The position numbers and the translations under genes were made by a program. Positions 32,287-41,233 of a stretch of 64,000 nucleotides of DNA are shown here, in pieces. The notes below the pieces were generated by a model. The model was not told the origin of the DNA and ran no database searches. It saw only the letters and a list, made by a program, of their open reading frames with translations. Numbering within the stretch: the first letter of the stretch is position 1; every line of letters starts with the position of its first letter. This DNA comes from an uncultured Pseudomonadota bacterium (lineage in GTDB: Bacteria > Pseudomonadota > Gammaproteobacteria > Steroidobacterales > Steroidobacteraceae): NCBI GenBank assembly GCA_963741745.1, contig CAVUJF010000001.1, positions 122,345-186,344 of the forward strand, read 5' to 3'.

Positions 32287-33856
32287 CTACTGCGCCGCGG
32301 GTGCCAGCATCCGCAGCTCGCCGTTGTGCAACTGCGCCCAGCCCAACTCACGGTGTATGCGCCGGTCCGCATCCAGGGTCAGGCGTCCGGTCAGCCCGTC
32401 GACGTTGACGTTGCCCGCGACACCGCGATGTGCGAGAGCCTGCGTAAGGCGGAACGCGTCGAAGCCGAAGGCGAACAGCCGGCCACGGTTGGGACCGCCG
32501 CTCGGCCACGCCTCGTGCGCCGCTGCGCGCACCGCATCCGGCAGATCGCCGCCCAGGATCCACGGCATGTCGGGAAACATCAGCCCGTCAAGGTCCTCGT
32601 TGCCCTTCATGTCCGGCTCGAAGGCATCGGATGTCGCATAGGCGGGGATGTCACCGGCGTAGTGGAAGCGCAGCTGCGGACGCAGCTGCCGCTCGATGGC
32701 CGCCTGCGCCGGCGAGAAGATGAACTCGATGTCACCGCGGCGCCGCGGCTCGAAGTTCAGCTTGGTACCCAGGATCGACTCGAGGCGCTTGTGGCGCGCG
32801 TTGCTGTCGCTGATGCGCAGCACCTCGGTGATCGTCGGCGAAAAGTCCGTGCGCGTAAGGTCGATCTGGCCCACCGCGATCAGGTCGCCGCCGCCGGCGA
32901 GCAGCTCCTGCTTGAACGCGGCCAGCACGCGCGTGCCCCACTCCCCGGAGGGCACGAAGGCCACACCACGGCGGTGGTGATCTTCCAGGATGCGCCGCGC
33001 CGCCAGGCGCGCCTCATTCTCCGGCGAGAGCGCGAACTGGTAGAACTCGGCCGGCACAGGGTACTCCGCGGGCAGGTAGTTCAGCGCCAGCAGCGGCGCG
33101 TGGGCGCCGGGAAACTCCGCCGCCGCGGTCACCTCTTCGCGCGTCAGCGGGCCGACGATGAACGCTGCGCCCTTCCGAGCTGGCCTGCTGCAGCGCATCG
33201 GCCACGCTCAGCGTACCGGTGTCGTAGACACGCACCTCGGGGCGCTCGGCGGCGGGCACCTGGTAGAGCGCGGTCATGAAGCCATCGCGCACGCTGCCCG
33301 CCGCGGCACTGGCGCGCCCGGTGACCGGCAGCAGCAGCGCGATGTTCCCGGTCCGCGCGCCCGCTGCGGGGTGCGCGGCAATCCCCGGCGCCGGCCGCGC
33401 GGCGGGCTGGGCGATACGCGCCTGCAGTTCGTGGTACTGCGCTGCCAGGGCCGCCTCGGCGGGCACGGGGATCTGCGCAAACTGGTGCGACGCCTGCAGC
33501 GCCTGGCCACGCTCGAGGCTGAGTGTCACCTCGAGCAGCGACTTCTCCGTGGCCTGTGCCTGCGAGAGCGCCCCTTGCGGCTGCGCCAGCACACGCGCCG
33601 CATCATCGGGCAGGTGCGCTGCCAGGTAGTCGTGCGCTGCATGCAGCAGGTAGGTGTTGCGGTCGGAGCCGGTATTCTGGGAGGCGAGCTGCTCCAGCAC
33701 GCGCGCAGCCTCTGCGGCATCCCCGGAGCGCTCCAGCGCCTGCACGCGATCCACCGAGGGCGGCAGGTCCGCCTGCGGGGACAGGCTCGCGCAGGCCGCC
33801 AGGGCCATGGCGGTCGCGAGCACGGACACACGGGCAAGCCAGCTTACGCGGAGCAT
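32287..33856 (-). pseudogene. lpoA: Penicillin-binding protein activator LpoA (YraM-like lipoprotein), one frameshift as given
   Basis: The start MLRVSWLARVSVLATAMALAAC has a lipobox (LAAC). The N-terminal part is in ORF 33014..33958 up to ...SVADALQQASSEG. The rest (AAFIVGPLTREEVTAAAEF...) is in ORF 32287..33198. The junction sits at a CCC/GGG run at 33169-33171. The 1570 nt equals 3n+1. Confidence 0.8.
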
Positions 33857-33913
33857 GAGTTGAAGGGCCTCTCGTTGGCGGGCAGGATGCTGGGGCGCCG
33901 CAATCCCTGCGGC

Positions 33914-34807
33914 ATGAGGTTGGGGATTATAGTGGCCAAGGCGCGCGGCAGGCTGCAAGTCATTGCCACCCCGATCGGCAACCTCGCCGACTTAAGTCCG
34001 CGCGCACAGGAGGCGCTGCGCAGCGCCGATGTGATCGCCGCCGAGGACACCCGCCACACGCTCGTGCTGCTGCAGGCGATGGGGATCGCCCGGCCGCTGG
34101 TCTCGCTGCACGATCACAACGAGCTCGAGCGCGTGCCGGACCTGCTGGCACGCCTGGCCGAAGGGCAGACCGTGGCGCTGGTGAGCGATGCCGGCACGCC
34201 GCTGTTGTCCGACCCCGGTTTCGAGCTCGTGCGCCAGGCCGCCGCGGCCGGCTTCGCGGTGCACGCCATCCCGGGTCCGTCTGCGGTCACGGCTGCCCTT
34301 GCCGGGGCGGGCCTGCCGGCGCGGCGCTTCTGCTTCGAGGGCTTCCTGCCCGCGCGTGAGCGCGAGCGCCGCGCCGCGCTGGCAGCGTTGGCGCACGAGC
34401 CGCGCACGCTGGTGTTCTTCGAGGCCCCGCACCGCATCGTGGCGACGCTGGCTGACATGGCGGCGGAATTCGGTGGCGAGCGTGCGGCGGTGGTCGCGCG
34501 CGAGCTGACCAAGGTGCACGAGACTTTTTATCGCGGCTCGCTGGCCGAGCTTCTCGAGCGCGCACAGCACGAGGAGAACTTCGCCCGCGGGGAGATCACC
34601 GTGGTGGTGCACGGCGCCGCGGCCTCCGCTGACGGCGGGATCGACGAGGCACAGCTGCGCCGCACGGTCGATGTGCTGCTCAGGGAGCTGCCTCCCGGGC
34701 GTGCCGCGGCGGTTGCCGCGCAGCTCACCGGCGCCCCGCGCGCCAGTGCCTACGCACTCGCCCTGAAGCGCGGCACGGCGCCCCAGGAGCCCGAAGCCAC
34801 CTCCTAG
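33914..34807 (+). CDS. rsmI: 16S rRNA (cytidine1402-2'-O)-methyltransferase
   Basis: GRLQVIATPIGNLADLSPRAQEALRSADVIAAEDTRHT and HAIPGPSAVTAAL are typical of RsmI. ATG at 33914 is preferred, because the long ORF-track N-terminal extension runs antisense through lpoA. Confidence 0.9.
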   Translation: MRLGIIVAKARGRLQVIATPIGNLADLSPRAQEALRSADVIAAEDTRHTLVLLQAMGIARPLVSLHDHNELERVPDLLARLAEGQTVALVSDAGTPLLSDPGFELVRQAAAAGFAVHAIPGPSAVTAALAGAGLPARRFCFEGFLPARERERRAALAALAHEPRTLVFFEAPHRIVATLADMAAEFGGERAAVVARELTKVHETFYRGSLAELLERAQHEENFARGEITVVVHGAAASADGGIDEAQLRRTVDVLLRELPPGRAAAVAAQLTGAPRASAYALALKRGTAPQEPEATS

Positions 34808-34876
34808 GGGCCCGGAAGGCGGGCGCAACGGCGCTTTCGATTGACTTACGCCCGCGCCACCGTACCCTCAGCGCCT

Positions 34877-35246
34877 GAGTCGGCCGGGCAATCGCTGCTC
34901 CAGTGATGGGGTGGAGGAAAGTCCGGGCTCCGGCGGATCGGGTGCCAGGTAACCCCTGGGGGGCGTGAGCCCACGGAAAGTGCAACAGAAAGCAAACCGC
35001 CTAAGTCCTTCACGGGACCGGCAAGGGTGAAACGGTGCGGTAAGAGCGCACCGCGTCGGTGGCAACATTCGACGGCACGGCAAACCCCACCTGGAGCAAG
35101 GCCAAATAGGGAAGTAGCCCTGACCCTCACGGGTTGAGGGCAGCGTCGATCCGCGCGCGCTTCCGGGTAGGCCGCTAGAGGTCCGTGGCGACGCGGATCC
35201 CAGAGGAATGATTGCCCTCGACAGAACCCGGCTTACAGGCCGACTC
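34877..35246 (+). ncRNA. rnpB: RNase P RNA, bacterial type A
   Basis: It contains the universally conserved blocks GGAGGAAAGTCCGGGCTCC, GGTGCCAGGTAAC, GTGCAACAGAAAGCAAACCGCC, GGTAAGAGCGCACCG, AGCAAGGCCAAATAGGG and ACAGAACCCGGCTTA. These are near-identical to E. coli M1 RNA. The 5' GAGTCGGCC pairs with the 3' GGCCGACTC (P1), followed by TTTTT. Ends are approximate (+/-5 nt). Confidence 0.93.
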
Positions 35247-35280
35247 TTTTTCTGCCTAGGGGCGCGGACGTGGTCCGCGC

Positions 35281-35679
35281 CTACTTCACGACCTTCAGCT
35301 GCGGGCGGCGCGGTGCGCCTTCCTCGGCATTGGTCGGGCGGCTGGGCGGCTCCGGACCCAGGTCCTGCTCCGAGAACACCATGCCCTCGCCGGTCTCGCG
35401 CGCGTAGATGCCCAGCACCGCGCTCACCGGGAAGCGCACGTGATGGTTGACCCCGGCAAAGCGCGCATCGAACTGCACCTCGTCGGCGCCCATGGTGAGG
35501 CGGTGCGTGGCGCTCATGCTCAGGTTCAGCACGATCTTGCCGTCCTTGATGTGGGCGCGCGGCACCTCGATGCCCTCGGTCTCGGCGTCGACGATCACAT
35601 GCGGGGTGTTGCCGCAGTCGGAGATCCACTCGTGCATCGCACGCAGCAGGTAGGGACGTTTGGGCAGCGCCTTGCTCAC
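35281..35679 (-). CDS. sspB: ClpXP adaptor / stringent starvation protein B
   Basis: 132 aa. It has RPYLLRAMHEWISDCGNTPHVIV and a C-terminal ClpX-binding-like tail LKVVK. It lies downstream of sspA. Confidence 0.9.
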   Translation of the reverse strand: MSKALPKRPYLLRAMHEWISDCGNTPHVIVDAETEGIEVPRAHIKDGKIVLNLSMSATHRLTMGADEVQFDARFAGVNHHVRFPVSAVLGIYARETGEGMVFSEQDLGPEPPSRPTNAEEGAPRRPQLKVVK

Positions 35680-35694
35680 GCAGCTAGCATACGA

Positions 35695-36318
35695 CTACAG
35701 GAGTCGCATCTCCTGCTCCCGTTCCGAGAGGGCCTCGCGGAAGCCCGGGCGCGCGAATACCAGCTGCGCGTACTTCTCGATGGCCTGCGCCTGCGGGGGC
35801 AGGTCGATCTCGTAGTGCGGCAGGCGCCATAGAATCGGGGCGATGGTCGCATCCACCAGGGAGAATTCGTCCGAGAGGAAGTAGGGTTTGACCTTGAACA
35901 GGTCGGTGCTCTGCAGGATGGTGTCGCGCAGGATCTTCTTCAGCTTCACCGTCTGCTTCTTGTCCGGCTCGGTATCGATCTGGCGCGCCAGCGCGTACCA
36001 GTCGCGCTCGATGCGGTACAGGGCCAGGCGGAACTGGGCGCGCGACACCGGGTCGACGGGCATCAGCGGCGGGTGCGGGAAGCGCTCATCGAGGTACTCG
36101 ATGATGACGCGCGAGTCGTAGAGCACCAGGTCCCGGTCCACCAGCGTCGGCACGCTGTGGTAGGGATTCAGATCGAGCAGGTCCTCCGGGAAGCGCCCGG
36201 CCTCGACACTGACGATGTCGATGCCGATGCCCTTCTCCGCCAGCACGATCCGGGTGCGATGGCTCCACGGGTCGCTCGGGGCGGAGAACAGGGTCATGAT
36301 GGATCGTCTGCTCGACAA
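35695..36318 (-). CDS. sspA: Stringent starvation protein A (GST-like)
   Basis: SSRRSIMTLFSAPSDPWSHRTRIVLAEKG parallels E. coli SspA NKRSVMTLFSGPTDIYSHQVRIVLAEKG. The start is TTG at 36318, or ATG at 36297. Confidence 0.93.
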   Translation of the reverse strand: MSSRRSIMTLFSAPSDPWSHRTRIVLAEKGIGIDIVSVEAGRFPEDLLDLNPYHSVPTLVDRDLVLYDSRVIIEYLDERFPHPPLMPVDPVSRAQFRLALYRIERDWYALARQIDTEPDKKQTVKLKKILRDTILQSTDLFKVKPYFLSDEFSLVDATIAPILWRLPHYEIDLPPQAQAIEKYAQLVFARPGFREALSEREQEMRLL

Positions 36319-36383
36319 ATTGCGCTCCTGCGACCGCCGCTAACTGAAAGCGCCGGCGCGCTTCCTGCGCGCCGGCCGACGCC

Positions 36384-37205
36384 CTAGTGGACGTCCTTCC
36401 AGTATTCCTGCTTCATGAGCCATGCGAGCCAGGTGAACACGAGCAGGAACAGCACGACCCACACCCCCAGGTCACGCCGCGCCGCCTGCGTCGGTTCACT
36501 GACGTAGTCCAGGAAGTTGACGGTATCGCGCACGAACGAATCGTACTGCGCGTCGGTGAGCCGCCCCGGGGAAACGGTCTCGAAGTGGTCGAACACCTGC
36601 TCATGCACGACCTGCCCGCCTTCGCTCTTGACCACGTCCTTGAACACGGCGCGCTTGAGCCCCTCGAGCTCGGAGAGCACGTGCGGCATCGCCGTGGTGG
36701 GCAGGCGCAGGTTGTTGGCGCCGGTCTGGCGCGTCGGGTCCACGTAGAAGGTCTTCAGGAACTGGTAGATGTAGTCGCGGCTGCGCGCACGCGCCATGAG
36801 CGACAGGTCCGGCGGCGTCTTGCCGAACCAGTTGACCGCATCCTCCGCCGGCATCGTGGTCAGGATGTACTGCGTGTCCTTGTCCCCGGGGGGAATGAGG
36901 TCCTTCTGCAGCAGGTTCGGCGGGATCGCCAGATCGGTGCCAAGGCGCGACCAGCGCTCGTACTTGAGCGAATGGCAGCCCAGGCAGTAGCTGGTGAAGT
37001 TGCGCGCGCCGCGCTGCACCGAGGCCATGTCCGTCACGTTGTTGTCGGCGCGCCAGTGCTGCCAGTTCGCACCGGCCTTGGCAGCGGCCTCGCCTGCGCC
37101 TTCGCCGGGGGCCTCGGCGGCCCCGGCACTGCCACCGACCAGCACGGCGGCCACCACGGCAACGCTGCTTAAGGCCCGCAGGGCGGTCCGCATCTCAGTG
37201 CGCAT
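36384..37205 (-). CDS. petC: Cytochrome c1 of the bc1 complex
   Basis: Signal-like N-terminus, heme motif CLGCHS and a C-terminal TM anchor (VWVVLFLLVFTWLAWLM). It lies downstream of petB. The start may be M1 (37205) or M5 (37193). Confidence 0.9.
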   Translation of the reverse strand: MRTEMRTALRALSSVAVVAAVLVGGSAGAAEAPGEGAGEAAAKAGANWQHWRADNNVTDMASVQRGARNFTSYCLGCHSLKYERWSRLGTDLAIPPNLLQKDLIPPGDKDTQYILTTMPAEDAVNWFGKTPPDLSLMARARSRDYIYQFLKTFYVDPTRQTGANNLRLPTTAMPHVLSELEGLKRAVFKDVVKSEGGQVVHEQVFDHFETVSPGRLTDAQYDSFVRDTVNFLDYVSEPTQAARRDLGVWVVLFLLVFTWLAWLMKQEYWKDVH

Positions 37206-38475
37206 GGTAGGTCACTCTCTCGGGAACGGGACGCACCTTGTCTATGCTCGTATAGATCGGCATGAGCCAGAAGAAGGCGAAGTAGATCACCGCGAAGATT
37301 CTCGCCAGTATCACGTACAGGCCTTCCGCGGGCTGCAGACCGAGGTAGCCGAGCGCGATGAAGGACACCGCGAACAGCGCGAGCATGGTGCGCGAGAGCC
37401 AGCCGCGGTAGCGCATGGACTTCACCGGTGAACGGTCCAGCCACGGCACGAACAGGAAGGACACCACGGCGAGGCCCATCAGGAGCGCGCCCAGGCGCTG
37501 GTCGGGCACGGCGCGCAGGATCGCGTAGTACGGGGTGAAGTACCACACCGGGGCGATGTGCTCCGGGGTCGACATCGGGTTCGCCGGCTCGAAGTTCGGC
37601 GCCTCGAGGAACAGGCCGCCCAGGGTCGGCACGAAGAACACGATGATCGCCAGCAGGATGAGGAACACCCCGACGCCGAAGACATCCTTGACCGTGTAGT
37701 AGGGATGGAACGAGATGCCGTCCAGGGGCTTGCCATCCGGTGCCACCTTCTCCTTGATCTCGATGCCATCCGGGTTGTTCGAGCCGGTGCGGCGCAGCGC
37801 CACCAGGTGCAGCGCCACCACCAGCAGCAGCCCGAGCGGCAGCGCCACGACATGCAGGGCGAAGAAGCGGTTGAGGGTGGCATCGGCGATGCCGTAGTCG
37901 CCGCGGATCCACTCGACCAGCCCCGGCCCGACGGCCGGTATGGTGCCGAACAGGTTCACGATCACCTGCGCGCCCCAGAACGACATGTTGCCCCAGGGCA
38001 GCACGTAGCCCATGAACGCCTCGGCCATGAGCACCAGGTACACGAGCATGCCGACGAGCCACAAAAGCTCGCGCGGCTTCTTGTACGAGCCGTACAGGAA
38101 GGCGCGGAACATGTGCAGGTAGACGACGATGAAGAACGCCGAGGCGCCGGTGGAGTGCAGGTAGCGGATCAGCCACCCGAAGTTCACCTCGCGCATGATG
38201 TATTCGACCGAGTCGAACGAGGTCAGCTCGCCGGGCTTGTAGAACATCGTCAGGAAGATGCCCGTCAGCAGCTGCAGCACCAGCACCAGCAGTGCCAGCG
38301 AGCCGAAGTAGTACCAGATGTTGAAGTTCTTCGGCGCGTAGTAGCCGGTCAGCTGGTCGGCGATGAAATCATCGACCGGCAGGCGCTTGTTGATCCAGGC
38401 CCACAGTCCCTGCTTCGCCGGCGCAGCCTCGGGCGGCAGTGCGGCCGGGGCGCCACTTGCACTCTTAACGGTCAT
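37195..38475 (-). CDS. petB: Cytochrome b of the bc1 complex
   Basis: It starts MTVKSASGAP... at ATG 38475 (TGATG overlap with petA). It has typical cytochrome b blocks NFNIWYYFGSLALLVLVLQLLTGIFLTMFY, IRYLHSTGASAFF and PEHIAPVWYFTPYYAILR. It is 426 aa. Confidence 0.95.
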   Translation of the reverse strand: MTVKSASGAPAALPPEAAPAKQGLWAWINKRLPVDDFIADQLTGYYAPKNFNIWYYFGSLALLVLVLQLLTGIFLTMFYKPGELTSFDSVEYIMREVNFGWLIRYLHSTGASAFFIVVYLHMFRAFLYGSYKKPRELLWLVGMLVYLVLMAEAFMGYVLPWGNMSFWGAQVIVNLFGTIPAVGPGLVEWIRGDYGIADATLNRFFALHVVALPLGLLLVVALHLVALRRTGSNNPDGIEIKEKVAPDGKPLDGISFHPYYTVKDVFGVGVFLILLAIIVFFVPTLGGLFLEAPNFEPANPMSTPEHIAPVWYFTPYYAILRAVPDQRLGALLMGLAVVSFLFVPWLDRSPVKSMRYRGWLSRTMLALFAVSFIALGYLGLQPAEGLYVILARIFAVIYFAFFWLMPIYTSIDKVRPVPERVTYHAH

Positions 38476-39083
38476 CAGGCGGCTCCCTTCCCGTCGCTGC
38501 CCACCACGAGCGTGCGCTCGTTCGGATAGGAGTACGGCGGCACCCGCAGGTTGATCGAGGCCGGCGAGCCCTGGAACACGCGGCCGGCGAGATCGAAACG
38601 CGAGCCGTGGCAGGGGCAGAAGAAGCCACCGGGCCAGCTGGGGTACAGGTCCCCGGCCGCGAAGCGCTGCTTGGGCAGGCAGCCCAGGTGCGTGCAGGTG
38701 CCCACCAGCACCAGGTACTCGTCGCTGCGGGCGCGGACCGGGTTCTTCGCGTAGGCAGGCTGGTCGGACTGGTCCGAGTTGGGATCCTTCAGCTCCCCGT
38801 CGTGGCCGGCGATGCGCTTCACCATGTCCGGCGTACGCCGCACGACATAGATCGGCGAACGACGCCACACGGTGGTGGCCATCATCCCCGGATCGATCTT
38901 GCCAATATCCATCTCGACGGGGGCGCCCTGGGCGCGGGCGCGCTCGGAGGGGGCCCAGGACTCGATGAACGGGACCACGGCAAATGCCGCCCCGACCGCC
39001 CCGGTGGCGATCGTCGCCCGGGTCAGAAACTTGCGTCGGCTTAAGTCGACTGGCTCATCGGCGACGACTGCGTGATCCGCCAT
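38475..39083 (-). CDS. petA: Rieske iron-sulfur subunit of the bc1 complex
   Basis: 202 aa. It has a Tat-like N-terminus (SRRKFLTRATIATGAVGAA) and 2Fe-2S boxes CTHLGC and CPCHGS. Confidence 0.95.
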   Translation of the reverse strand: MADHAVVADEPVDLSRRKFLTRATIATGAVGAAFAVVPFIESWAPSERARAQGAPVEMDIGKIDPGMMATTVWRRSPIYVVRRTPDMVKRIAGHDGELKDPNSDQSDQPAYAKNPVRARSDEYLVLVGTCTHLGCLPKQRFAAGDLYPSWPGGFFCPCHGSRFDLAGRVFQGSPASINLRVPPYSYPNERTLVVGSDGKGAA

Positions 39084-39273
39084 TCCAACCCTCTCCCGGT
39101 TAACTCACTCACCCACCACTCGCGCATTCTTCCGCGTCCTCTCGCGCTGGGCGGGCCGTGGCCTGGACATGCGCGATTTCGTACCTTGCGGGGGGCGGCG
39201 CATTATACACATACGAATACCCCCTTCTGAGGCGCGCTTGTGCGCCGCGTGCGCGGGATTCCCGGAGACTTCG

Positions 39274-40419
39274 ATGCTCAACCGCCTCGGTCGGGGCTTC
39301 ATCTTCGTCGCCGGTTCGGTCGTCGGCGGACTCGCCCTTGCCTTCCTGGTCGTGGCGATGCGTCCGGACCTGATCCGCGAGGCCCCGGGCCCCGCCCCTG
39401 CTCCCCCGGCACCGGCGGCCGTCCCGACGACCAGCGCCGCGCCACCGGCGCACGTGAGCTACGCGGGCGCCGTCGAGCGTGCCGCCCCGGCGGTGGTCAA
39501 CGTCTACACCGCCCGCCTGGTGACCGAGCGCGTCGCCCCCTCGCTCGGGGAGCTGTTCGGGGACTACCTGCCGCGCTATCGCCAGCGGATCGAGCGCAGC
39601 CTCGGCTCCGGGGTGATCGTGGACGCTGCCGGCCACATCGTCACCAATCATCACGTGATCGCCAACGCCGACTCGGTGCGTGTGCAGCTGGCCGACGGAC
39701 GGGTGGCCGACGCGCGCATCGTCGGGCGCGACCCGGACACGGACCTGGCGGTGCTCAAGATCGACCTCACCCCCCTGCCGGTGGCTGACTTCGGCCGCTC
39801 GGACCTGCTGAAGGTGGGCGATGTGGTGCTGGCGATCGGCAATCCGGTGGGCCTGTCGCAGACGGTCACGCACGGCATCGTCAGCGCCACCAGCCGCCAG
39901 CAGCTGGGCATCGCCCCGCTCGAGGACTTCATCCAGACCGATGCCCCGATCAACTTCGGCAACTCCGGCGGCGCACTGATCGATTCGAGCGGGATGCTGA
40001 TCGGCATCAATACCGCCATCGTGGCCAAGAACATCGGCGTCGAGGGGATCGGCTTTGCGATCCCGGTGAACATGGTGCGCGGGGTGATGGATGAGATCAT
40101 CGCCCACGGGCGCGTCATCCGCGGCTGGATCGGCATCATCCCGGAGGATCTCTCGGCGGAGCAGGCCGAGCAGCTGCGCCTGGCGCAATCCGGGGTGCTC
40201 ATCGGTAATCTATATGTCGGCAGCCCGGCGCAGAAGGCCGGGCTGCTGCCGGGAGACCTGCTGCTGGCCATCGACGGGGTCGCCCCGCACAGTGCGCAGG
40301 ATGCGCTCGGCCGGATCGCCGCGCACAAGCCCGGCAGCACCACCCGCGTGCGCGCCCTGCGCGCGGGGCGTACGTTCGAGGTGGAGGCCGTGGTGGGTGA
40401 GAGGCCGCGTCCGCAGTGA
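39274..40419 (+). CDS. DegS/AlgW-type periplasmic serine endoprotease (S1C, single PDZ)
   Basis: It starts MLNRLGRGFIFVAGSVVGGLALAFLVVA (TM anchor). Catalytic contexts are VTNHHV, DLAVLK and GNSGGAL. There is one C-terminal PDZ-like domain. It is 381 aa. Confidence 0.88.
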   Translation: MLNRLGRGFIFVAGSVVGGLALAFLVVAMRPDLIREAPGPAPAPPAPAAVPTTSAAPPAHVSYAGAVERAAPAVVNVYTARLVTERVAPSLGELFGDYLPRYRQRIERSLGSGVIVDAAGHIVTNHHVIANADSVRVQLADGRVADARIVGRDPDTDLAVLKIDLTPLPVADFGRSDLLKVGDVVLAIGNPVGLSQTVTHGIVSATSRQQLGIAPLEDFIQTDAPINFGNSGGALIDSSGMLIGINTAIVAKNIGVEGIGFAIPVNMVRGVMDEIIAHGRVIRGWIGIIPEDLSAEQAEQLRLAQSGVLIGNLYVGSPAQKAGLLPGDLLLAIDGVAPHSAQDALGRIAAHKPGSTTRVRALRAGRTFEVEAVVGERPRPQ

Positions 40420-41087
40420 CGAAACTGAGCCTGCTGCGCTTTGACGCCCGTGCCGAGCTGGATGCGGCCCTGGCGGTGCGGCTGCGCGCCGCGCTCACCG
40501 CCCCGGGTGCCTCGGCGGTCATGCTGGCCGGCGGCAGCACGCCGCTGCCCGCCTACCGCGCCGTCGCGCGCCAGATCGGCGCGCACGACGACCGGCTGCA
40601 CGTGCTGTTCAGCGATGACCGCTACGTCGCGGCCGATGCGGCGGCGAGCAATTATTTCCAGTCCCGGCCGCTGCTCGACGTGCTCGCTCTGCCGAGCGAG
40701 TCGCTGCTGCGGGTGAACACGCAGCTGCCGCTGCCCCAGGCGGCGGCGGACTACGACCGGCAGCTGTCGGCCCTGCTCAGCTCCGGCGTGCGCATCGGGC
40801 TCGGGCTGCTCGGTCTGGGCGCCGACGGCCACACCGCCTCGCTCTTCACGGCGGCGGATCTGGAGCGCGCCCGCGGCCGCTACGCGATCGCGGTGCAGCG
40901 CCCGGACGGGCTGGACGCGGTGAGCGTGACCCCGGAGCTGATCGCGACCATCGGCGCGCCGCTGTTCGTGCTGGCCGGCCATGACAAGCAGGAAGCCTTA
41001 AGGCGCATGCTGGCGCACGATGAGGCGCTGGTGGCCTGGCGCGCCGTGCAGGGCTGCGCGCAGGTGGATCTGTGGGTGTGCCCCTGA
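40416..41087 (+). CDS. pgl: 6-phosphogluconolactonase
   Basis: 223 aa. The GTG start overlaps the protease stop (GTGA). Motifs are LAGGSTPLPAY and LLGLGADGHTASLF. Confidence 0.85.
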   Translation: MTKLSLLRFDARAELDAALAVRLRAALTAPGASAVMLAGGSTPLPAYRAVARQIGAHDDRLHVLFSDDRYVAADAAASNYFQSRPLLDVLALPSESLLRVNTQLPLPQAAADYDRQLSALLSSGVRIGLGLLGLGADGHTASLFTAADLERARGRYAIAVQRPDGLDAVSVTPELIATIGAPLFVLAGHDKQEALRRMLAHDEALVAWRAVQGCAQVDLWVCP

Positions 41088-41233
41088 GCACTGACGTCGC
41101 CACGGGCCTCACGTATGCTCGCGGGCTTGCCGTGGTGGAAACATCCGCGCACGCGCTGCCGGACTGAGCGCGGCTGGCGCCGCCATCGCGGCGGCCGCGC
41201 CGGGCGCACCCGCCGCGAATCGCTTTCCGGAAC

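Noticed and set aside
34846-35629. ORFs 34846..35130 and 34868..35629 (minus strand) covering the rsmI-sspB gap.
   Set aside because: This region is the RNase P RNA gene on the plus strand, and the ORF translations are low-complexity.
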